64,000 nucleotides of DNA from an uncultured delta proteobacterium (GCA_963812015.1 CAWETI010000002.1:559361-623360), one strand, 5' to 3'; shown: positions 8,083 through 17,448, numbered from the stretch's first letter. Numbers and translations: made by a program. The notes: generated by a model from the sequence alone, not told the origin.

Positions 8083-10770
8083 ATGGAAGCAACCCCACAA
8101 ACCTTGACCGGCCAATTCGCGGTGGTGTTTCGGGAGGCTGCCGATGCAGTGGCCCTCAATTACCGGGAAGGGGACACGATACGGGAGTACTCCTACGGCC
8201 AACTTTACCGGCGCAGCCTGGTTGTGGCCGGGTGGCTTCAGGCCCAAGGGGTGGAAAGGGGGGAGCGGGTGGCCATTCTCCTGGAGAACCGGCCCCAGTG
8301 GCCCCTGAGCTATTTCGGCGCGCTGTTGGCGGGTGCGGTGGCAGTCCCCCTGGATCCGGCCTCTCGCTGGGACCATATTCATTACGCCCTGGATCAGACC
8401 CGGGCCAAGATCATCTTCACCTTTCCCAAGGCCCCCCTCCCCCAGTTGCAGCAGCTGCCGTTCCTGGAAAAGGTCGTGGTGGTGGGCGAAACTGGAGAAT
8501 CAGGCAGTAAAATCATCAAGTTCGCCGAAGTCTTGCAATCATCCGGGAGTGAGGCAAGTCTTCCCGGGATGCGCCCCGAGGACCTGGCCTCCATCATCTA
8601 TACCTCCGGCACCACCGGGATTCCCAAAGGGGTGATGCTCACGCACCGGAATTTTTATGCCAATTACCGGGGAATCCTTAAATTAAACGTCATCCGGCCG
8701 GATGACAATTTTCTCTCCATCCTCCCCTTGCACCATGCTTTTCCTTTTACTGCCACGCTACTGCTGCCCCTTTTTTCCCGGGTGAAAATCACCTATCTGG
8801 ATACCTTGAAGGCCGAAGCCATCTTAAAGTGCATCAAAGAGCAGAAGATCACCATCCTGGTGGTCACCCCCCAGGTTCTCCAGCATTTTTATCAAGGGAT
8901 GCAGCGGCAGTTGGAGCTCATCCCCTGGCCATGGCGGCCTCTGCTCCTGGCCTATCTCAATCTTTCCTGGCGGTTGTCCGAATTTCTGGGAGTAAATCCC
9001 GCCAGGCCCCTCCTCCAGAAATTCCGCAGTGTCCTGGGGGAGCAGTTTCGCTTTTTTGTCAGTGGTGGGGCAAAACTGCCCGAGTCCCTGGGGGAGAATC
9101 TGGCCCGGTTGGGATTTACGGTGCTGGAAGGCTACGGCCTCACGGAGACCGCGCCGGTGGTTTCCTTCAATCCTCCGGAAGCCCCCCGCTTGGGGTCTGC
9201 GGGTCGGTGTCTTCCGGGGGTGGAAGTCATGATTCTCCACCCGGACGCGACCGGCGTCGGCGAGGTCCTCATCCGGGGCGACAACCTCATGGCCGGGTAT
9301 TTCCAAAATGAGGCCGCCACCCGGGAAGCCCTCGAAGACGGTTGGTTCCACAGCGGCGATCTGGGTTATTTCGACCGGGACGGTTACCTTTACATCCAGG
9401 GACGGATCAAGGATATTATCGTCCTCGCCTCAGGCAAGAAAGTATCCGCCGAGGAGGTGGGCCAGCACTACCTGAAGGCTCCTTCCCTCAAAGAGATTTT
9501 CGTAACCGCCGACGACCGCGCCGAAAAGCTGGCCGCATTGGTGGTGCCGGATCTGGATTTTTTCCGGAAAACCGGGGAAACGGATATTTATGACAAGGTG
9601 AAGTGGGACCTGGAGATGCTGTCTCAAGACCTGGAGCCCTATGAGCGGGTGCGGGATGTTGTCCTGATCAACGAAGAGCTGCCCAAGACTCGTTTAGGAA
9701 AGGTCAAGATCCACGAGGCCCAGCGCCTCTACCGGGAGCGGGCCGGCCGACGGTACGACCGGAGAAAGCCGGCCGTGGAAGAAGGGTTGTCTCCGGTGGG
9801 CGAGACCGTGGTGGCGGTTTTGGCCCGCCAGCTTGGGGACGTCCGCATCTTCCTGGACGACCATTTGGCGTTGGATTTGGGTCTGGATTCTCTGGGGCTG
9901 GTGGAACTGCTGGCAGCCCTGGAAAGTCAGTTCAACCTCAAGATCCGGGACGAAGACTTTACCGGAATTTTCACGGTCAGAGAGCTCATCGGCCTTATCG
10001 AAGCGAAAAATCCTGAAGCAGCAAAGGAGCCTGAAGAAGAAATGGCGGCTTGGAGCAGCATGCTGATGACCGATCCGCGTCCGGACTTGCTCCGGCGCCT
10101 CGGTATGGAAGGAGGGTTCACAGCCCGGATGGCCACCCAGGGGCTGGCGTCGGCATTAGGTTCCTGGTTTAAATGGATGTTCGACCTCAAGGTGTATGGC
10201 CGGGAGAGGCTAACGGACCAGGGGTATATCCTCTGCTCCAACCACGCCAGCTTTTTGGATGGCTTCATCTTGGCTTATGCGGTCCCCGGCCCCCTGCGCC
10301 ACCGCCTGTTTTCCCTGGGATACAGCGGGTATTTCGACGTGCCGGTGCTTCGAGACCTCCTCAAACTTATTCGGGTAATCCCGGTAGACTCAGCCCGGAA
10401 TGTGGTGGCGGCCATGCAGGTGTCGTCGTATATTCTCAGGAATGGCCGGCTCCTGTCCATCTTCCCCGAAGGCTTCCGAACCCCCTCCGGGGAGGTGGGC
10501 CAATTTAAGAAGGGCGTAGCCATCCTGGCCAAGGAACTGGAGGTGAAGCTGGTCCCGGTTTATATTCAAGGCTCCTATGAAGCCTGGCCGCCGGGGGCAA
10601 CCCTGCCCCGCCCCCGTCCCATCCAAGTGATTTTCGGGCGGGAGCATGCCTGGAAGGAGCTTAAAGACCGGGGCCTGGAGGTTGCCCCGGACGCGGCGGA
10701 CTATGACGCCATCCGACTGGGCCTGCGGGAGGAAGTATTGAGGCTTAAAGAGGTCTTAGGGGGAAAATAG
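8083..10770 (+). CDS. Tri-domain protein: acyl-activating (AMP-binding) enzyme, then acyl/peptidyl-carrier domain, then PlsC-type lysophospholipid acyltransferase
   Basis: 895 aa. It has the AMP-binding motifs IIYTSGTTGIPKGVMLTH and GWFHSGDLGYFDRDGYLYIQGRIKD. The carrier motif is LGLDSLGLVEL (Ser codon 9889-9891). The acyltransferase motifs are NHASFLDG (His 10243-10245) and FPEGFRT. Confidence 0.85.
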   Translation: MEATPQTLTGQFAVVFREAADAVALNYREGDTIREYSYGQLYRRSLVVAGWLQAQGVERGERVAILLENRPQWPLSYFGALLAGAVAVPLDPASRWDHIHYALDQTRAKIIFTFPKAPLPQLQQLPFLEKVVVVGETGESGSKIIKFAEVLQSSGSEASLPGMRPEDLASIIYTSGTTGIPKGVMLTHRNFYANYRGILKLNVIRPDDNFLSILPLHHAFPFTATLLLPLFSRVKITYLDTLKAEAILKCIKEQKITILVVTPQVLQHFYQGMQRQLELIPWPWRPLLLAYLNLSWRLSEFLGVNPARPLLQKFRSVLGEQFRFFVSGGAKLPESLGENLARLGFTVLEGYGLTETAPVVSFNPPEAPRLGSAGRCLPGVEVMILHPDATGVGEVLIRGDNLMAGYFQNEAATREALEDGWFHSGDLGYFDRDGYLYIQGRIKDIIVLASGKKVSAEEVGQHYLKAPSLKEIFVTADDRAEKLAALVVPDLDFFRKTGETDIYDKVKWDLEMLSQDLEPYERVRDVVLINEELPKTRLGKVKIHEAQRLYRERAGRRYDRRKPAVEEGLSPVGETVVAVLARQLGDVRIFLDDHLALDLGLDSLGLVELLAALESQFNLKIRDEDFTGIFTVRELIGLIEAKNPEAAKEPEEEMAAWSSMLMTDPRPDLLRRLGMEGGFTARMATQGLASALGSWFKWMFDLKVYGRERLTDQGYILCSNHASFLDGFILAYAVPGPLRHRLFSLGYSGYFDVPVLRDLLKLIRVIPVDSARNVVAAMQVSSYILRNGRLLSIFPEGFRTPSGEVGQFKKGVAILAKELEVKLVPVYIQGSYEAWPPGATLPRPRPIQVIFGREHAWKELKDRGLEVAPDAADYDAIRLGLREEVLRLKEVLGGK

Positions 10771-10869
10771 GTTCCATATCGGCAGACTTGAGATAGAATT
10801 ATTGAGGCAAGGGCCGGGGCGGGTGCCCCTGGCTCTTTCCCCACGACAATCCTCCCGAAGGGATTAACC

Positions 10870-12789
10870 ATGGCAAAAACGATAGTTGAGCAAGTGATGG
10901 CGGCGCATCTGGTGTCCGGGGAGTTGGCCCCCGGGGCCGAAGTGGCGCTCAAGATTGACCACACCTTGACCCAGGATGCCACCGGCACGTTGGCCTATCT
11001 GGAGTTCGAGGCCATGGGGGTGGAGAGGGCCCGGCCCGAGGTGGCGGTGAGTTATGTGGACCACAACCTGCCCCAGACGGATTTTCGCAACGCCGACGAC
11101 CACCGGTTTCTGAGGACGGTGGCGGCCCGCTACGGCCTCTATTTTTCGCCGCCGGGCAACGGCATCAGCCACCAGGTGCACCTGGAGCGGTTCAGCGCTC
11201 CGGGTAAGACCTTGCTGGGGTCCGACAGCCACACGCCCACGGCCGGGGGCGCCGGGATGCTGGCCTTTGGGGCCGGGGGTCTGGACGTGGCCCTGGCGTT
11301 GGCCGGGCAGCCCTTCTATCTGGTCATGCCCGAGATCCTGGGGGTTCGCCTGACGGGACGGTTCCGGCCCTGGGTGTCGGCCAAGGACGTCATCCTGGAG
11401 TTGCTGCGCCGCCTGACGGTCAAAGGGGGGCGGGGCAAGATCCTGGAATTCTTCGGCCCGGCCCTGCGCTATCTCAGCGTACCCGAACGGGCGGCCATCA
11501 CTAACATGGGGGCGGAACTGGGGGCCACCACCTCCATCTTCCCGGCGGATGCCCAGACCCATAAGTTCCTGAAAATGCAGGGGCGGGAGGTGGATTTTCG
11601 GCCCCTCGAGGCCCAGGGGCGCCCGGATTACGCCGAAGTGCAGGAGGTGAACCTGGATACGCTGGTGTCCCTCACGGCCCAGCCCAGTTCCCCGGACCGG
11701 GTGGCGCCGGTCAAAGACCTGGCGGGCACCCCGGTGGAACAGGTGCTCATCGGCTCCTGCGCCAACTCGTCTTTTCGGGATTTAATGATCGCCTCCCGGG
11801 CCTTGCGGGGCCGGCGGGTGCATCCCCGGGTGAGCCTGGAGATCAACCCGGGGTCCCGGCAGGTCCTGGAAAACCTCATCCTGGCCGGGGGCCTGCTGCC
11901 GCTTCTGGAAGCCGGGGCCCGGGTGATGCCGCCGGGCTGTTGGGGGTGCATCGGCATGGGCCAGGCCCCGCCCACCGAGGCCGTGAGCGTGCGCACCTTT
12001 CCCCGGAACTTCCCGGGGCGGAGCGGCACCAAGGACGACCGGGTGTATCTGGCCAGCCCCGAAACCGCGGTGGCCGCGGCCATCTTCGGGGAACTGCGGG
12101 ACCCCCGGGACCTGGGGAATTACCCCCGGGTAGGCGGGCCCCGGCTTTTTGTGGCGAACGGGAGCAACATCATCCCGCCGCCGCCCAAAGGGGAGGCCGG
12201 GGAAGTGATCCGGGGCCCCAACATCGTGCCCTTTCCCCACCTGACGCCCCTGGCCGAGACCTGGCGTGGAGAAGTGTGGCTCAAAGTGGGGGATAATGTC
12301 ACCACCGACGATATCATGCCGGCGGGCAGCCAGATTCTGCCGTTGCGCAGCAACCTGCCGGCCATCAGCCAGTACGCCTTCACCCGCCTGGACCCGGAAT
12401 TTCCCCAGCGGGTGGCGGGCCGGGGGGAAGGCGCGGTGGTGGGCGGGGAGAACTACGGCCAGGGGTCGTCCCGGGAGCACGCCGCCCTGGCGCCCCGGTA
12501 CCTGGGGGTGAGGGTCAAACTGGTGAAAAGCTTTGCCCGCATCCACCTGGCCAACCTGATCAATTTCGGCATTTTGCCCCTGACCTTTGAGAATCCCGGG
12601 GATTACGATCTCCTGGCCCAGGGGCAAACCCTGGAATTGCCCGGGGTGCGCCAGCGGCTTTTGGACGGGGCGGAACGCCTGCCCCTGAAGGTGGGTGGTA
12701 AAGAAATCTGGGTGCGGGTGGACCTGTCGGCGCGGCAGCGCCGCCTCCTGGCGGTGGGCGGGGCGTTGAATCTGGCCAGAGAGGCGTAG
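10870..12789 (+). CDS. Aconitase-family hydratase with fused catalytic and swivel domains
   Basis: 639 aa. It has DHTLTQDATG, GSDSHTPTAGG, IGSCANSS and CWGCIG (Fe-S ligands), plus a C-terminal swivel domain with GENYGQGSSREHAA. Confidence 0.85.
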   Translation: MAKTIVEQVMAAHLVSGELAPGAEVALKIDHTLTQDATGTLAYLEFEAMGVERARPEVAVSYVDHNLPQTDFRNADDHRFLRTVAARYGLYFSPPGNGISHQVHLERFSAPGKTLLGSDSHTPTAGGAGMLAFGAGGLDVALALAGQPFYLVMPEILGVRLTGRFRPWVSAKDVILELLRRLTVKGGRGKILEFFGPALRYLSVPERAAITNMGAELGATTSIFPADAQTHKFLKMQGREVDFRPLEAQGRPDYAEVQEVNLDTLVSLTAQPSSPDRVAPVKDLAGTPVEQVLIGSCANSSFRDLMIASRALRGRRVHPRVSLEINPGSRQVLENLILAGGLLPLLEAGARVMPPGCWGCIGMGQAPPTEAVSVRTFPRNFPGRSGTKDDRVYLASPETAVAAAIFGELRDPRDLGNYPRVGGPRLFVANGSNIIPPPPKGEAGEVIRGPNIVPFPHLTPLAETWRGEVWLKVGDNVTTDDIMPAGSQILPLRSNLPAISQYAFTRLDPEFPQRVAGRGEGAVVGGENYGQGSSREHAALAPRYLGVRVKLVKSFARIHLANLINFGILPLTFENPGDYDLLAQGQTLELPGVRQRLLDGAERLPLKVGGKEIWVRVDLSARQRRLLAVGGALNLAREA

Positions 12790-12802
12790 GGTAGGGCCGC
12801 GT

Positions 12803-12827
12803 AGGGGCGACTCGGCGGGTCGCCCCT
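12803..12827. repeat. GC hairpin AGGGGCGAC-tcggcgg-GTCGCCCCT, same family as 31109-31133
   Basis: Perfect 9-bp arms lie 14 nt after the aconitase stop. There is no T-run. The near-identical unit recurs after glgA. Confidence 0.6.
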
Positions 12828-12913
12828 CCTCCCCTCCCAGCCCCCCATAAAGTGCGAGAGGGGCTGTCGAGCGCCGACTATCTCCCATTGACCCCGTTGA
12901 GAGAGGTAAGGTT

Positions 12914-13540
12914 ATGGGCATCTTAAGGTCTTGGTTTAAATCAAAACCACCCCCCGAGGAGCCGACCTACGAGATTGTCGAACGGCGCCTGTCCATCGAC
13001 GAGCGCCATTACCAGGTGCGGATCATCAAGGCAGGGCGGGAATTCTTTGCCGAGGACCTCTTCCAGACGGCGAAAAAACCCGTGGATCTTAATTTCAGCA
13101 GGTTTTTTCCGCTCAATGAACACCCGCCGAAACCGCATTTCGCTCCCTCCTTGCAGGAGGCGGTGGATTGGTTCACCGGCCGGAAACTCCCCAAAGACGG
13201 CTATAACAACATTTGGTGGGGAGACCAGGCTATCTATGAGTGTGGCCTCTGCCAGGGCAGGCGGGCCGTGCCTTTACGGATTACCAAGGTGGAGCGCCTG
13301 GCGGTGGATAGGGCGATTCCCACGCACCTGGAAATCGTCGGCTGGCGGGTGGTGGAGGTGGAATCGGAGTTGACGGGCAAGGGGATACCCTCCCGGAGAT
13401 TAGTGCAGCTTAAGCTTAAACCGATAATCATATGGCATCAGGCGCCCAACCACTACCTGTGCCGGAGTTGCGCCCAGAAGTTGACGGACGCGGGACGGCC
13501 GCCGGACCCAGCCGAATATTTTATCTTTGAGACGGAGTAA
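12914..13540 (+). CDS. Hypothetical protein with two CxxC pairs
   Basis: 208 aa with the Shine-Dalgarno-like GAGAGGTAAGG upstream. ECGLCQG and LCRSC suggest a zinc ribbon. I recognise no family. Confidence 0.5.
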   Translation: MGILRSWFKSKPPPEEPTYEIVERRLSIDERHYQVRIIKAGREFFAEDLFQTAKKPVDLNFSRFFPLNEHPPKPHFAPSLQEAVDWFTGRKLPKDGYNNIWWGDQAIYECGLCQGRRAVPLRITKVERLAVDRAIPTHLEIVGWRVVEVESELTGKGIPSRRLVQLKLKPIIIWHQAPNHYLCRSCAQKLTDAGRPPDPAEYFIFETE

Positions 13541-13683
13541 AGGTTGGGCCAGGGGGGACCAGAGGCTATCCCCAAAAATCCGGATGGCGGGGCGGCTGCC
13601 TCTGACCGCCACCCTTAAAATTGCCTGAATCGACGGTATGAGTAGTCGTGGCGGTAATCAGGGGGCCAGGGTCTCAAGGAATC

Positions 13684-13720
13684 GAAGGGGATCATTGGGG
13701 CAAACCCCGTGATCCCCTTC
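13684..13720. terminator. Long hairpin between convergent genes (candidate bidirectional terminator)
   Basis: gaaggggatca-ttggggcaaaccccg-tgatccccttc has 11-bp perfect outer arms plus an inner GGGG/CCCC stem. It lies between the stops at 13540 (+) and 13766 (-). Confidence 0.5.
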
Positions 13721-13765
13721 GGGCTTAAGGCACTTAAGGAAAAAGATCAGGACTAACGGTGAAGC

Positions 13766-14254
13766 TTAACCTACTCCGGGCACCGTGAAATAGACTTCTT
13801 TCAATAGAGGCGGCTTGAATTCTAAGGTCCTGAACAACAATACCGGGACGGTGGCGTGGGAGGCGACTTTGTCTGCCACGCCGCCCATGTACCAGGCCAC
13901 TTCGCCGGCGCCGTGCGTCCCTAAAACGATAAGGTCATAGCCTTTGTCTTGGGCAAAAGCGATGATTTCCCGAGCCGGCACCCCATCCTGGCAGGCCCAG
14001 TCGGCGTCCAGGCCCTGGTCCTTCAGGTCGTTGCCGGCCTTGGCCAGGAAGGTGTCGCAGAATTTCTGCTCTTGGGCTGCTTCCGCTTTGATGGTGCCAG
14101 GGGTGCCTTCCCCGGCGAAAGCGCCGACGCCGCTGTAGCAGGCGTGGAAAAGGGTTACCTTGGCCTTGAAGGTTTTGGCCAGTTCCACTACTTTGGGGAG
14201 AACTTTCGCCGCAATTTCCGAGCCATCCAGAGGAACCAACATCTTTTTAAACAT
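13766..14254 (-). CDS. Universal stress protein (UspA family)
   Basis: About 162 aa from the ATG at 14254 (MFKKMLVPLDGSE), preceded by AGGAGG. It has the C-terminal GTHGAGEVAWYMGGVADKV motif. Confidence 0.85.
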   Translation of the reverse strand: MFKKMLVPLDGSEIAAKVLPKVVELAKTFKAKVTLFHACYSGVGAFAGEGTPGTIKAEAAQEQKFCDTFLAKAGNDLKDQGLDADWACQDGVPAREIIAFAQDKGYDLIVLGTHGAGEVAWYMGGVADKVASHATVPVLLFRTLEFKPPLLKEVYFTVPGVG

Positions 14255-14372
14255 GACCGCCCTCCTGATTAAGGTGAACCGGGTCCGCCGACCAATCGCC
14301 TGACAGCCCATGCTCCTTATTTCTCAAGGTAAGACAGTTTTGTAAGGTTGTCAACTGAGCTAGTGGAAATCT

Positions 14373-15398
14373 TTACCTATTTTCATTATCGGGGTCTGGT
14401 TCCCGGTCCGGTTCGGGGTCTTCGGGGGCGTGAGGGCCGCCTTTGTAAAGATCGCGCTGCAACACCCGGTGATAACTGGTGAAATCGCCTGCCCCGGTGT
14501 CACCTTCCAGATGTTGACTCATCATTTTCAGCTTGGCGTCCAGGTCATCCAGGAAATTTACCAGCAGGGCCTCCCGGGTCTTGGGGGGGATGGGAGAGCC
14601 GAACTCCAGGGAGCCGTGGTGGGATAAGATGATGTGTTCCAACTGCAGGAGCACGGTGGGGTCGGGGAACTCCAGGGCCTGGGCTTCGGAGCGCACCAGG
14701 TCCCAGCCCAGGACGATGTGGCCCAGGAGCCGGCCCGGCACGGTGGCTTCCGGGGCCGTGGGATTGGCCAGTTCTTTGACTTTGCCCAGGTCGTGGAGGA
14801 TGGCCCCGGCCAGGACCAGGTCCCGGTTCAGTTCGGGATAGATATTGAGGGAGGCCAGGGCGTGGCGGGCCACGAACCAGGTGTGCTCCAGGAGACCGCC
14901 CAGATAGGGGTGGTGATAGAGGCGGGCGGCGGGGCAGACCAGGAACTCGTCTCGGTAACGGTCCAAGAGCTTGAGGACCAACTGCTGGAGGGGGGGGCTG
15001 ATCTGGCTTTCGGCCAGGTGCCACAGCTCCTGCCACAAAGCTTGGCGGTCGTAGGGGGTGGCCTGGAAGAGCAGTTCCGGGTCATACTCCTTAAGGTCCC
15101 GGCCCAGCTCCCGGAGGGCGTCTACGGTATTGATATAACCGATATTGAGCTGCAATTCGCCCTTGTAGGACTCAACCTGGGCCTGGACTGCCACATGATC
15201 CCCCGGGGCGAAGGGGCCGGGGCATTTGGCCAGCACTTTGTTCCAGACCCGGGCCACCACGGCGCCGCTTTTGTCCCCCAAAACCAGGGAGAGGTAGGGT
15301 TTACCGGACTTGTCGGTGCGGCTCTCCGCCTGGCGCACCAAGAAATATTGCTGCACCGCGGCCCCTTCCTTCAGGTGAGAAATTAGCTCATGGGGCAT
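14373..15398 (-). CDS. OB-fold plus HD-domain phosphohydrolase (YhaM-like 3'-5' exoribonuclease family)
   Basis: The N-terminal OB fold reads FLVRQAESRTDKSGKPYLSLVLGDKSG. The HD domain reads LLEHTWFVARHA..AILHDLGK. The start is taken at the internal ATG at 15398. Confidence 0.75.
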   Translation of the reverse strand: MPHELISHLKEGAAVQQYFLVRQAESRTDKSGKPYLSLVLGDKSGAVVARVWNKVLAKCPGPFAPGDHVAVQAQVESYKGELQLNIGYINTVDALRELGRDLKEYDPELLFQATPYDRQALWQELWHLAESQISPPLQQLVLKLLDRYRDEFLVCPAARLYHHPYLGGLLEHTWFVARHALASLNIYPELNRDLVLAGAILHDLGKVKELANPTAPEATVPGRLLGHIVLGWDLVRSEAQALEFPDPTVLLQLEHIILSHHGSLEFGSPIPPKTREALLVNFLDDLDAKLKMMSQHLEGDTGAGDFTSYHRVLQRDLYKGGPHAPEDPEPDREPDPDNENR

Positions 15399-15520
15399 GA
15401 CTCGGGCCTCTGAGGGTGAGATGGTGAGATGGGGGTATGATACTCTCAAGGCCGGAAGGGGTCAAGGAGAGGTTTTGGCGGTTTTTTAAAGATATGGAAG
15501 AGATTTGGTGCAGATAATCG

Positions 15521-15548
15521 TTGACATTCGCCTGAAGATAATTATCTT
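15521..15548 (+). promoter_or_regulatory. Candidate sigma-70 promoter upstream of rpoD (TTGACA-16 nt-TATCTT)
   Basis: TTGACA at 15521-15526 and TATCTT at 15543-15548. By-eye consensus match only. Confidence 0.3.
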
Positions 15549-15620
15549 AAAATCTCTAAGAATTTCCCGGAACAATGCCGACATGAAAAAAAAAGCGCCA
15601 TGGGTGATTAACTTTTTTTC

Positions 15621-15649
15621 TTGACATCGGTCTAATTAAGGGTAAACTA
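15621..15649 (+). promoter_or_regulatory. Candidate sigma-70 promoter upstream of rpoD (TTGACA-17 nt-TAAACT)
   Basis: TTGACA at 15621-15626 and TAAACT at 15644-15649. By-eye consensus match only. Confidence 0.35.
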
Positions 15650-15699
15650 ACCTCTTTAAACTTTTGATGAGTTGGGGTAGCAATACAGGACAAAAATCC

Positions 15700-16986
15700 A
15701 TGGAAAAAGATTACCTGAAGAAATTTATCGAATTGGGCGGCAATGAGTTTTTGGCCTACGACAAGTTCAATCTCTCCGACGAGGAGCGGGAATCCCTGCG
15801 CGCCCCGTTTGATGGACCGGCAGACGAGGATCTGGACGTCTCCGAGCATCTGGATGCGACGGGCTACGGCCCTATAGCGGAAGAGGGGGTTGACGAGGAG
15901 CTGGAAGAACCCATCGAAGCCGACGAGATCCCTGAACACGAGGGCTTGGTGGCCGCCTACTTCCGTGAGATGCTGCGATATTCCATCCTGTCCCCGGAAG
16001 AGGAGAGGACTTTAGGGCGCATTATCAAAGAAGGGCAGGATGCCATCCTGGATCTGGTGTCCATCGCCCAATCCGACCTGGAGGAAGTCCATTATCTCCA
16101 GAAGAAAATCCAGCAATGGTTCCAGGCCCCGGACAAGAGCGCCCAGGGGAAGGAAAAGCTCTTTAAGGTGATCCACCAGAGGCTCTCCCAGGTGCAGAAA
16201 CACCATCCGGAAGCCACTGAGGTCAAGGATCTGGCCCAGAACATCAGGGTGACGGAAGATGAGGTCAATCAGGCCCGGGACCAGATGATCAAAGCCAACC
16301 TGCGCCTGGTGGTGAGCATCGCCAAGAAGTATCTCCACCGGGGCCTGACCTTCTCGGATCTGATCCAGGAAGGCAACCTGGGTTTGATGAAAGCGGTGAC
16401 TCGCTATGACTACACTACCGGTTACCGCCTCAGCACCTTTGCTTCCTGGTGGATCCGGCAGACCATAACCCGGGCCATTTACGACAAGACCCGGACTATC
16501 CGGATCCCGGTGCACCTGCAGGAGATCCGGAACCGGTGCTACCGGGCCTTCTATGATCTGCTCAAGGAACTGGGCCGGGACCCGAGCCTGAAAGAGATTG
16601 CCGAACGCTCAGGGGTGGCCGAGGAAAAGATCCTCCTGGTCACCAATCTGGCGGACGAACTCATCTCCCTGGAGACCCCGGTGGGCGACGAAGGGGACCG
16701 CCTGGGGGACTTCATCCGCAATGACAAGGCGGTGTCTCCCTACGAGGCTATTCTTGAGTCCCAACTCGGCGAAAAGACCGACACCATCCTGACCACCCTC
16801 ACCGCCCGGGAAGAAAAGATCATGAAGATGCGGTTTGGGATCGGCGAGGAAGTGGAGCACACCCTGGAAGAAATCGGGCGGGCTTTTAAGGTGTCCCGGG
16901 AACGCATCCGGCAGATTGAGAAAAAGGCTCTCAAACGCTTAAAGCATCCCACCCGCAAAGCGGCGCTGGAAGATTTTCTGGAATAA
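15700..16986 (+). CDS. rpoD: Primary-type RNA polymerase sigma factor (sigma-70 family, regions 1.2-4)
   Basis: It has YFREM, the region 2 motif IAKKYLHRGLTFSDLIQEGNLGLMKAVTRYDY, the region 3 motif IRIPVH, and the region 4 motif TLEEIGRAFKVSRERIRQIEKKAL. The start could also be 15664 or 15667. Confidence 0.9.
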   Translation: MEKDYLKKFIELGGNEFLAYDKFNLSDEERESLRAPFDGPADEDLDVSEHLDATGYGPIAEEGVDEELEEPIEADEIPEHEGLVAAYFREMLRYSILSPEEERTLGRIIKEGQDAILDLVSIAQSDLEEVHYLQKKIQQWFQAPDKSAQGKEKLFKVIHQRLSQVQKHHPEATEVKDLAQNIRVTEDEVNQARDQMIKANLRLVVSIAKKYLHRGLTFSDLIQEGNLGLMKAVTRYDYTTGYRLSTFASWWIRQTITRAIYDKTRTIRIPVHLQEIRNRCYRAFYDLLKELGRDPSLKEIAERSGVAEEKILLVTNLADELISLETPVGDEGDRLGDFIRNDKAVSPYEAILESQLGEKTDTILTTLTAREEKIMKMRFGIGEEVEHTLEEIGRAFKVSRERIRQIEKKALKRLKHPTRKAALEDFLE

Positions 16987-17037
16987 GGTCCGGGGGTTAT
17001 AAACGGCCCCGGCATCGATCTTGGGAGGGATTGAACG

Positions 17038-17424
17038 ATGGCAGGACTGAGCCCTGAGAAGCTGGATGAGACAAAAGCGCGCTTGCTGGATCGGAAACGG
17101 CGCCTTTGGCAGGAGGTCAAGCAACAGCTCAAGAGCAACATCGGCGACGGCTATCAGGAGATGCTGGCTGCGGCCCGGGATGAAGAGGACCAGGCCACCG
17201 TCAGTTTGATGGCCGAAACCAATCTCACCCTCTTGGGACCGAAACGGCAGGAATTGGAGGCCATCGAAGAGGCCCTGAACCGGCTGGAAAACGGCGTGTA
17301 CGGTCTCTGCGAGGTCTGCGGCCAACCCATCGAGCCGCGTCGACTGGAGATCATGCCGGAGGCGCTTCTCTGCCGCAATTGCATGTCCCATCGGGAAAAG
17401 CTGGCCAAGGCCACGGCACGCTGA
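17038..17424 (+). CDS. DksA/TraR-family C4 zinc-finger protein
   Basis: 128 aa with a coiled-coil N-terminus and C-terminal CEVCGQPIEPRRLEIMPEALLCRNC. Confidence 0.85.
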   Translation: MAGLSPEKLDETKARLLDRKRRLWQEVKQQLKSNIGDGYQEMLAAARDEEDQATVSLMAETNLTLLGPKRQELEAIEEALNRLENGVYGLCEVCGQPIEPRRLEIMPEALLCRNCMSHREKLAKATAR

Positions 17425-17448
17425 TTGCGGCAATTCTTCCGGATGCCG

